From positions 480,001-512,000 of the forward strand of contig NC_009954.1 of NCBI RefSeq assembly GCF_000018305.1: a DNA stretch of 32,000 nt, read 5' to 3'. The translations under genes and the position numbers were made by a program. Below the pieces are notes generated by a model. That model searched no databases, was not told the origin of the DNA, and saw only the letters and a program-made list of their open reading frames with translations. Shown in pieces: positions 24,842-32,000 of the stretch. The stretch comes from Caldivirga maquilingensis IC-167 (GTDB lineage: Archaea; Thermoproteota; Thermoprotei; Thermoproteales; Thermocladiaceae). Positions within the stretch are counted from its first letter, which is position 1. Each line of letters starts with the position of its first letter.

Positions 24842-25885
24842 ATGGTTGTTAAAGTGGGGATACTTGGTTCAGGCTTCGCGGCTGAATTCCACATGCAGTC
24901 ATACGCCGAAATACCCAACGCTAAGGTTGTTGCAGTTGCATCCAGGAGTAGGGCCGTTGAATTTGCTGGCAGGTGGGGGATAGGAAAGTACTATACTGGC
25001 GATGACTTCATTGAGAAGCTGTGCAGTGATAAGGAGGTGGATGTTGTTGATATTATTTTACCCAACTTCCTACACCTTAAGGCTGTTCAATTATGTGCTG
25101 AGAATAGGAAGAACATAATTATTGAGAAGCCCCTGGGTAGGAACCTAACTGAGGCTAAGGAGATGCTTAACGCAGTTAATAGGTATGGTGTACTCCACGC
25201 CTATGCTGAGAACCAGGTCTTCATACCCCAGATTGATAGGGTTATGAACATGGTTAGGAATGGGGCTATTGGTAAGGTATTCTGGGTTAGGAGTAGGGAG
25301 GCCCACTTCGGGCCCCATAGCCCGTGGTTCTGGGACAAGGACCTATCCGGTGGTGGTAGTTTACTGGACATGGGGTGCCACTCCATTGAGGTTACCAGGA
25401 AGTTGATTAACGGTAAGGCAAGTGAAGTTTTAGGCTGGGGTGACTTGCTTGTCCACAGGGATAAGACTAAGGCCGAGGATAACAGTATAGTTCTAGTTAA
25501 GTATAATGGGGGTGAGTTGGGGCAGGCTGAGAATAGTTGGGCAGCCCACGGTGGCTTGGACCTGAGGTATGAGATATACGGTAGTGAGGGGGCAATCTTC
25601 GTTGATGTAACCAGGGAGACTGGGATAAGGGTATTCACCACGGCCCCAGAGGAGAGGGTTGGTTACGTGGTTGAGAAGGCTGAGGTGGCTAGGGGTTGGC
25701 TTTACCCAATTTGGAGGGAATTTGAGCTATATGGTTACTTATATGAGCTTAGGCACTTCATAGACTCCTTTGAGAGGGGTGAGTTACCGAGGGAGAACTT
25801 TAATGATGGTGTTGAGGTTAATAGGATAATTGATGCAGCCTACAGGTCCTTTAAGAGTAAAAGGTGGGAGCCTTTGAGCGATTAA
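24842..25885 (+). CDS. Gfo/Idh/MocA-family NAD(P)-dependent oxidoreductase (sugar/inositol dehydrogenase type)
   Basis: 347 aa with N-terminal Rossmann motif VGILGSGFAAEFH, the EKPL motif (IIIEKPLGRN) and a C-terminal alpha/beta dimerisation domain. Confidence 0.85.
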   Translation: MVVKVGILGSGFAAEFHMQSYAEIPNAKVVAVASRSRAVEFAGRWGIGKYYTGDDFIEKLCSDKEVDVVDIILPNFLHLKAVQLCAENRKNIIIEKPLGRNLTEAKEMLNAVNRYGVLHAYAENQVFIPQIDRVMNMVRNGAIGKVFWVRSREAHFGPHSPWFWDKDLSGGGSLLDMGCHSIEVTRKLINGKASEVLGWGDLLVHRDKTKAEDNSIVLVKYNGGELGQAENSWAAHGGLDLRYEIYGSEGAIFVDVTRETGIRVFTTAPEERVGYVVEKAEVARGWLYPIWREFELYGYLYELRHFIDSFERGELPRENFNDGVEVNRIIDAAYRSFKSKRWEPLSD

Positions 25886-25925
25886 TGAGTTAACCGTGAA
25901 GTTTAATTTAAATAATTAAACTTAA

Positions 25926-26300
<375 letters not shown>

Positions 26301-26386
26301 GACTAAGGCATTAAGTCCATGATTAATTAACACCAGTGAAACAGTACTCAAGGCATATTAACCAGGGCGGCGTGAACTTGAGGAAA

Positions 26387-26396
26387 AATTATTTAA
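26387..26396 (+). promoter_or_regulatory. TATA box (aattatttaa) for the VKOR-like gene
   Basis: It is centred about 27 nt upstream of the ATG at 26419. Confidence 0.45.
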
Positions 26397-26418
26397 CCAG
26401 TTAAGTGGTTTTGGTGCA

Positions 26419-26919
26419 ATGGGTAGGTTAACCCTTAAGTGGCTTGGATTATTCATAGCCTTCTCAGTGGTTGGCGTATTCTCCTCAGGGGTAGTGTTAT
26501 ACACATACTACTACATCCACAATGCACCCCCATTATGTACACTGAATGGGGAATCCACACCATTCCCAGGGGTTACGGTTAACTGCATAAGGGTTCTCTC
26601 AAGCCCCTACGCGGAGGTGGCTGATGTACCCCTTGATGTACTCGCTGTTTTCTGGTTTATAATAAACATAGTAATGGCCATAGCATACGATAGGAGCGGA
26701 GAAGCGGTGGCTAGTAGGCTTTTCAGGGTTTTAATGTACTGGAGGTTCATTGGCCTAGCAATAATACCTTACCTACTTTACGTTGAATTCGCCATACTGC
26801 ACGCGTTATGCCTATACTGCACTATAATGCACTCAATGATTATAGCAGACTTCATAGTGGTAACAGTCTACGCCTACTTTAACCATAGGGCTAAGGCTAA
26901 AGTGGCGGCGGTGGATTAA
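26419..26919 (+). CDS. vitamin K epoxide reductase (VKOR) family membrane protein (DsbB-like disulfide-generating quinone reductase)
   Basis: 166 aa with 4-5 TM helices. It has a loop Cys pair (PPLC...VNC), followed by VLSSPYAEVADVPLDVLAVFWF and a membrane-embedded CXXC (LCLYCTIMH). Confidence 0.7.
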   Translation: MGRLTLKWLGLFIAFSVVGVFSSGVVLYTYYYIHNAPPLCTLNGESTPFPGVTVNCIRVLSSPYAEVADVPLDVLAVFWFIINIVMAIAYDRSGEAVASRLFRVLMYWRFIGLAIIPYLLYVEFAILHALCLYCTIMHSMIIADFIVVTVYAYFNHRAKAKVAAVD

Positions 26920-27950
26920 ACCAGGGTTAATGAGGCTGCCCTTATTGAACCAGGTTCCCTAGCCCTATACCTAAACCTAATTAAGGCGGTGTACTCATTA
27001 ATACCTAATACAGTGGTTCCACTACTCAATGCTTGACTCCTGGCCTCAACCCAATTACCCTCAGTGAAGTACTCTATGGTTAATTCACCACCTGGTGCAT
27101 TCATGATAAGTGTCTTCTCGCCAATACCAGGTAACGGCTGAGAGAGTAATTCAACCCCAGGGTTAACGGTTAAACCAGCCCAAGTCTCCTCTGAACCATC
27201 CCTATAGAGCCTAATCCTCACGGGTTCCTCGGCATCACCGTTGGATACCCTTAAACCCCATGGGTTTAGGCCCTGCCAATGAAACTCAACCTGCGGTGCA
27301 GCATCAATATCAAGGAGTACTGCCAATTGAGGTGAGGGTGCGTCAGTGATCCATGATGCAATGTAGGGTGGCTTATCGTAAACTACCCCACCATCCTTAA
27401 CATCACCATTACTTATTGAGGCTAATGCCCTGAGTTTACCGTCAATGTACCATAAAGCCAAACCCCTCCTGTACACTATACTGAACCAGTGATACTTCTC
27501 TGAAACATCCTGGGGTAGAAACCTGGTTAAGTCCATTGAAACAAGCTTAGTTATCCCACCAATATTCGCAGTTAATGCACCTTTACCTGAAAACCAGCAG
27601 TAATGCACAGCACCCCCAGCGAATAAGTCATCGGTCTCGAAGCCGAACCAGAGCATTGGCCCACCCTCAACCCTAGGTAACTTGGTCATTAGCGTGAAGT
27701 GACCGTAAGTGAACGTGACCCTGGACCTCATGGAGACCGTTTGAAGACCCTTAGGCTTGAAGTAGTCGGACTGCGAGAAGTCAGTGTACTTAATCTCATC
27801 ATAATTAACCCTCCAATACTCACTGGCTTTACAAGCCTGAAACTCCTCCTCAAGTCCAGGCCTAGTGGATGGAACCCTCCTCCAACAGTAGAATAGGGAG
27901 TCTACACCACCCTCTATTGCAGGGGAAGGCCTAAGTGTTTCACTAACCAT
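26916..27950 (-). CDS. hypothetical protein with a concanavalin-A-like / GH16-like jelly-roll region and a beta-rich C-terminal domain; no signal peptide
   Basis: 344 aa. FTYGHFTLMTKLP...GGPMLWFGFETDD...HWFSIVYRRGLALWYIDGKL parallels the GH16/LamG pattern (YGrxE.R.KlP, WPAfW, ExDxxE, HtY.i.W.p..i.wyvDG), but the catalytic motif is degenerate. Its stop shares a TTAA with the convergent VKOR stop. Confidence 0.5.
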   Translation of the reverse strand: MVSETLRPSPAIEGGVDSLFYCWRRVPSTRPGLEEEFQACKASEYWRVNYDEIKYTDFSQSDYFKPKGLQTVSMRSRVTFTYGHFTLMTKLPRVEGGPMLWFGFETDDLFAGGAVHYCWFSGKGALTANIGGITKLVSMDLTRFLPQDVSEKYHWFSIVYRRGLALWYIDGKLRALASISNGDVKDGGVVYDKPPYIASWITDAPSPQLAVLLDIDAAPQVEFHWQGLNPWGLRVSNGDAEEPVRIRLYRDGSEETWAGLTVNPGVELLSQPLPGIGEKTLIMNAPGGELTIEYFTEGNWVEARSQALSSGTTVLGINEYTALIRFRYRAREPGSIRAASLTLV

Positions 27951-28038
27951 GCATTATCCTTCACTGGTGCTTATTAAGTATTGAGTTAAATAGCCTTGGT
28001 TCAACCTACGGTGAGGCTGCATCTACATGATTACTTAA

Positions 28039-28120
28039 GGCTAATCATCTTAGCCCAGGTCATCACTTAATCAGGCCTTGCAAGCCTAATCACTCTAAGG
28101 GGGCCTAATCAACTTAAGCC
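28039..28120. repeat. array of three to four copies of a roughly 16-nt motif (plus strand GSCTAATCAnnCTWAG; minus strand CTWAGnnTGATTAGSC)
   Basis: The copies are ggctaatcatcttagcc at 28039..28055, gcctaatcactctaagg at 28084..28100 and gcctaatcaacttaagcc at 28103..28120, plus a partial ttaatcagg at 28067..28075. The array lies 90-170 nt upstream of the ConA-like gene start. Confidence 0.6.
28045..28093 (-). ncRNA. candidate C/D-box sRNA with swapped box quality (C GUGAUUA, D' CUGA, C' GUGAUGA, D AUGA)
   Basis: The minus strand reads GTGATTA, then 12 nt ggcttgcaaggc, CTGA, ttaa, GTGATGA, 11 nt cctgggctaag, and ATGA, for 49 nt. A TATA-like ctttaaaagg (28119..28128, minus strand) is centred about 30 nt upstream of the C box. 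The terminal D box is non-canonical. Confidence 0.35.
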
Positions 28121-28394
28121 TTTTAAAGTGAACGCCCCTTAATTATGAAGTTAATACCAAATGCCGCATGTGAATTTCTAAGCCCAAACTATTCTCAGGC
28201 GTATTAACTAGTTCATTCCCAACGCCACCAGAAGTATGTTGAGGTGGGAACCCTATCACCGTGCTTAATTATGAGCTCACCGTAATTAGCCCGTAGAAGG
28301 AGTAACCTTCATTACTTCATGGTCATGTTAAAGGTATTAAATGGAAATGCATTAGGGTGGAATGCATCCTAGTGTTGAAGTCTTCATAAGGATC

Positions 28395-29591
28395 CTATGG
28401 GCTATTAACTACCGCTTTATTAATCCTACTGCGTAATGGTCTTGATAAGAAGGCTATCAACGCAATTACTAATGCCACTGCGGATAACAGTATTAGGCTC
28501 AGTCTATATCCAAGTGATGCTATACTATAGCCCATGCATAGTGGGGCTATTATGTTGGCTAATGGGAATACTGAATTATATATTCCATAGGCTAGGCCCC
28601 TATTACCCCTACTTATTAGTGGCGCAATCATTGAGCTTGAGACACTGTATGATGCCCAAACTAATGAATACGAGGCCATCGCCGCAAACGCCGATAACGT
28701 CCCCCTAACCAATAGTGCATTTGCAACTAGGTAAAGAGACCCTAATGCTAGGCTTAGGCTTAGGGCAGTCCATGAATCAGCCTTATTCCTCCTTATTAAT
28801 TGAACGAACATTACTATAAATGGAACCTCAAGGAAGGCTTCAACACTTAGCGTTGCAGTTGCGTAGGCCATATTAACGTTTGCCTCATAAACGTAGAACA
28901 TTGGCATGTATAGGTTCTTAACTGCATCAATGAATAATAGTATGAATACTGAGACAATGTATAATGCACTTAAACTCAATGTGAATGATTCATCGTTAGT
29001 ATTCAGGGGAGTAGCGTGATCACTGGGTTTGCGGTGTGTTGAGTAGTTAACTATGTTTAATAGTATAGCCGCTGAGGAGACGTATATTATGGCTGATATT
29101 ATGAATAGCGGCCTTATACCCATGTGCTCAAGAACGTAACCAGCGAAGCTTGTGGTTATGGCGTAACCTATGGATCCACCAGCCCAGAAGTAACCCATAT
29201 GCTCAACACCACCGGTCTCGCTTATCAATGTCATTACTGTTGGGTAAATCCCACCTGCAATAATACTCAACACCACCAGTGCCGCTATTATTGTTAATGT
29301 GCCTTTAATGTAGGCTAACGTTAAGTACCCTAAACCACCTCCAATGGTACCTATTAATACGGCTATTCTCCTATTCTCAGGCCTATTAATCACCCTACCC
29401 CACATTATTGATGATGCAAAACCAGCAATATTCATTGAAGTTAACGCATAGCTTGTGAATTCAACATTGAGGCCACTCATCCTTAAGTACAGTGGGAATG
29501 ATGGGTATATTAATCCACTTACTAGGCTGTAGAGTACATTAACCATGAAGTAATTGAACCCCCTATTATCCACCATTAACACACCACTCAT
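28395..29591 (-). CDS. major facilitator superfamily (MFS) transporter
   Basis: About 398 aa with roughly 12 hydrophobic helices in a two-times-six arrangement. The ORF is open to a TTG at 29600, and the first ATG is at 29591. Confidence 0.8.
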   Translation of the reverse strand: MSGVLMVDNRGFNYFMVNVLYSLVSGLIYPSFPLYLRMSGLNVEFTSYALTSMNIAGFASSIMWGRVINRPENRRIAVLIGTIGGGLGYLTLAYIKGTLTIIAALVVLSIIAGGIYPTVMTLISETGGVEHMGYFWAGGSIGYAITTSFAGYVLEHMGIRPLFIISAIIYVSSAAILLNIVNYSTHRKPSDHATPLNTNDESFTLSLSALYIVSVFILLFIDAVKNLYMPMFYVYEANVNMAYATATLSVEAFLEVPFIVMFVQLIRRNKADSWTALSLSLALGSLYLVANALLVRGTLSAFAAMASYSLVWASYSVSSSMIAPLISRGNRGLAYGIYNSVFPLANIIAPLCMGYSIASLGYRLSLILLSAVALVIALIAFLSRPLRSRINKAVVNSP

Positions 29592-29621
29592 TAATATCAA
29601 TAAAGTACTTGATTAAATGCA

Positions 29622-30350
29622 TTACTTTACCCCAAGTTCCTCAAAAACCTTCCTGGCTATTGATAATGCTGTGCTTGCCGTTGGCCAACCTGAGTAGAAG
29701 GCTAGGTGTGTTATTAATTCAATTAACTCATCTTTACTTACACCATTCTCAATAGCCCTCCTTAAGTGAAACGGTAACTCATTAACCCTATACAACGCCA
29801 CAAGTGCAGCCACAGTTACTAGGCTCCTATCCCTTGGTGAAAGACCGGGCCTATTCCAAACATCACCGAAGAGAACATGGTCAGTGTAGTGGGCTAGGGC
29901 TGGTGCTATGTCTGAGAAGGGGGTGACTTGGCGTTGCGCAGTGGTAGGCCCATGTTTAGAATACTCTTCATCACTAACCCTCTCCATTAACTCAACAACC
30001 TTACCATTAAGTGGCTCAGTAACCTCAATGTAGCTTACCGGTGAATTAACGGTTGCACCCTGCCAATGCTTCTCCCCTGGTTCAACCCAAATAACATCAC
30101 CTTGATTAACCTCACTAATTGACTCACCCCAACGCTGCACTAAACCACGCCCATGCATGATCACAATGACTTGGCCAAGAGGGTGAATGTGCCAAACAGT
30201 CCTAGTACCCGGCTCAAGGGTAACCATGGTTACGTTAATCCTCAACGCATCAATGAGCTGGTACACGTGTGCGCTTCCAGTAAAATACTCCACTGAACCC
30301 TGTTCCGATACCTGGGAACTACTGTGTTTAATAATCATGAATAACCCCAT
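29622..30350 (-). CDS. cupin-domain / carboxymuconolactone decarboxylase (CMD, AhpD-like) fusion protein
   Basis: 242 aa. The N-terminal cupin reads VTLEPGTRTVWHIHPLGQVIVIMHGRG...GDVIWVEPGEKHWQGA. The C-terminal CMD reads FGDVWNRPGLSPRDRSLVTVAALVA...ELIELITHLAFYSGWPTA. Confidence 0.75.
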   Translation of the reverse strand: MGLFMIIKHSSSQVSEQGSVEYFTGSAHVYQLIDALRINVTMVTLEPGTRTVWHIHPLGQVIVIMHGRGLVQRWGESISEVNQGDVIWVEPGEKHWQGATVNSPVSYIEVTEPLNGKVVELMERVSDEEYSKHGPTTAQRQVTPFSDIAPALAHYTDHVLFGDVWNRPGLSPRDRSLVTVAALVALYRVNELPFHLRRAIENGVSKDELIELITHLAFYSGWPTASTALSIARKVFEELGVK

Positions 30351-30367
30351 CTAGTTAACTGGGTTTA

Positions 30368-31381
30368 CTACATGGGTGGTGGAGGTATGTGAAGTACTGG
30401 CTTAGGCTTATATGGTTCCTCAAGGTACTTTACCTCATCGTCAGTTAACTTAATACTAATAGCATTCACAGCTTCTTCCACGTGCTCCGGCTTAGTGGTT
30501 CCTATTATTGGTGCTGTAACACCCTTATGCAGTAGCCATGCGTACGCTATTTGCGTTGGAGTCGCTCCCTTATTATTAGCAACCTCAATAACCCTCCTCA
30601 GTATCTCAGCGTTCTCAGGGGGTTCCACATAAATCCTATAATCACCACTACCTGGCCTAACCCTAGTCTCGGTTTCAGGCACAATTATCTTACCATCCTT
30701 ATAGTACTTACCTGACAGTATACCAGCTGCAGTTGGGCTCCATGGTATTATACCGATTCCATGAGCCTTGCAGAATGGTATCATTTCCCTCTCCTCCTCC
30801 CTGTAGAGTAGATTGTAGACGTTTTGCATACTTACGAACTTCTCGTATCCTTTCATTTCTGCTGTGTATATCATTTTTGCGAATTGCCATGTCCACATGC
30901 TTGATGCCCCAATGTACCTTACTAATCCTTGGTGTACTAGGTCTGTTAATGTGGATAAAGTCTCCTCAATGGGTGTATCGTAATCAAACCTATGAATCTG
31001 GTAGAGATCAATGTAACCAGTATTCAACCTCCTCAAAGACTCCCTAACCTGCCACATAATATGCTTCCTAGACAAACCCCTAGCATTAGGACCATTACCC
31101 ATTTGCCCAAAAACCTTAGTGGCGATAACCACATCCTCCCTCATACCCTTAACCAATTCACCAACAATCTCCTCACTCCTACCCCTCGAATAAACATTAG
31201 CAGTATCAATGAAGTTTATGCCTAAATCCCAAGCCCTCTTAAGGACTTTAAGGGCTTGATCCCTACCGGCAACCCAACTGGAGCTACCATGACTCTGTAG
31301 GTTGGGGTCACCGATGGACATTGCACCGAATGCTATTTTAGAAACCTTAAGACCAGACCAACCAAGCTTAACATACTCCAT
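30368..31381 (-). CDS. aldo/keto reductase
   Basis: 337 aa with MEYVKLGWSGLKVSKIAFGAMSIG, FIDTANVYSRGRSEEIVGE, and YIDLYQIHRFD. Confidence 0.9.
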   Translation of the reverse strand: MEYVKLGWSGLKVSKIAFGAMSIGDPNLQSHGSSSWVAGRDQALKVLKRAWDLGINFIDTANVYSRGRSEEIVGELVKGMREDVVIATKVFGQMGNGPNARGLSRKHIMWQVRESLRRLNTGYIDLYQIHRFDYDTPIEETLSTLTDLVHQGLVRYIGASSMWTWQFAKMIYTAEMKGYEKFVSMQNVYNLLYREEEREMIPFCKAHGIGIIPWSPTAAGILSGKYYKDGKIIVPETETRVRPGSGDYRIYVEPPENAEILRRVIEVANNKGATPTQIAYAWLLHKGVTAPIIGTTKPEHVEEAVNAISIKLTDDEVKYLEEPYKPKPVLHIPPPPM

Positions 31382-31403
31382 GCATACCCACTATGCTAGC
31401 TCA

Positions 31404-31411
31404 CTTATAAG
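31404..31411 (-). promoter_or_regulatory. TATA box (CTTATAAG) for the AKR / cupin-CMD / MFS unit
   Basis: It is centred about 27 nt upstream of the ATG at 31381. Confidence 0.4.
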
Positions 31412-31935
31412 CATTACTAGAATTACAATAATTTACTGGAGGAGTTATGAATAATCATTAATCATTAACATTGCTTTTATTATTAATTTAACTGAGACCA
31501 CCTTGATTAGTCTTCCTCTGGCTAACTGATTAGCTTACGCGAGTCCTTGTTCATTATGTTAATTTCCCTTGCAACCTCCTTACCTTAAACCTCAATTAAC
31601 CTAAGTGTGAACTCAAGCTCACCTCTGGCTAAGGGCCTTCACTCGAATAGAGCGCTTGCAATAATAAGCACACTGGGGATTACGGTGCATTAAGTGCCTA
31701 AAGTAATGGATGTTAGCATTGTAGAACCACTGCAGCTACTCCATGGGCTGCTGCATGATGCCTATTGAAATCCATTACCCTACCCCAGTTATCAAGGTAT
31801 AGATCTTATAGTTAATGCTGTGTAAATGGTAAGGTGATGGTTAATTCATGGTAATTAATTACACCTATTGTTAACTTTCCTTGAAATAAACCCCGTTTCA
31901 GCTTAAATTTATAAAGTGGTGAATAGTAGTTACTC

Positions 31936-32000
31936 ATGGAATATTCAATCCTTGGTAATGACTTACAGTTGGTTAGGGTAGTTATGGGTGAGGGGGAGAG
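31936..32000 (+). CDS. 5' end (21 codons) of a gene, possibly AIM24/DUF124 (TIGR00266-like) family
   Basis: MEYSILGNDLQLVRVVMGEGE... matches the usual N-terminal pattern xYxIxGxxxQxLxVxLxxGE of that family. A TATA tttataaa lies at 31908..31915, centred about 25 nt upstream. The fragment is very short, so this is tentative. Confidence 0.35.
   Translation, partial: MEYSILGNDLQLVRVVMGEGE

Noticed and set aside
27990-28020. ggttcaacc, which resembles a tRNA T-loop. I also scanned all intergenic gaps generally for tRNAs.
   Set aside because: The flanking bases do not form a T-stem or an acceptor stem. No cloverleaf could be built here or in any other gap.

Overview
This window reads as a compact archaeal chromosome segment. 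It is probably crenarchaeal and Thermoproteales-like (Caldivirga/Vulcanisaeta style), which I infer from an unsplit RNA polymerase subunit B, eS17, RpoK, aIF5B, aCPSF1, Pth2, AGG/ATA/TTA-rich codon use and TATA boxes about 27 nt upstream of start codons. About 30 protein genes cover most of the sequence. The information-processing genes are rpoB, rpoK, eS17, aIF5B, aCPSF1/FttA, Pth2, proteasome beta, a long FKBP and Hsp20. The metabolic genes are ThiD with a ThiN-like domain, a SpeH-type pyruvoyl decarboxylase, a Gfo/Idh/MocA oxidoreductase, an aldo/keto reductase and a cupin-CMD fusion. Two exported glycosidase-like proteins carry Thr/Val-rich stalks and C-terminal membrane anchors. There is also a VKOR homologue, an MFS transporter, an orphan OppF-type ABC ATPase and several proteins of unknown function. 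I found no rRNA, tRNA, CRISPR array, transposase, integrase or recognisable multi-gene defence island, and I cannot point to a clear-cut new multi-gene system. The best candidates for undescribed biology are small or non-coding. First, an unlisted 52-codon ORF with a symmetric twin CX3CX3C pattern sits where rpoH normally precedes rpoB, and that operon continues into a methyltransferase rather than rpoA. Second, two candidate C/D-box sRNAs have exact 12-nt guide spacing and their own TATA elements, and one of them lies inside a TGATTAG repeat array. Third, a GH12-like exported enzyme appears to have Asp in place of the acid/base Glu. Fourth, there is a leaderless-looking cytosolic ConA/GH16-like protein. 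Fifth, the FKBP has a Gln-rich tail that overlaps the psmB start. All functional calls come from reading the translations by eye; no searches were run.
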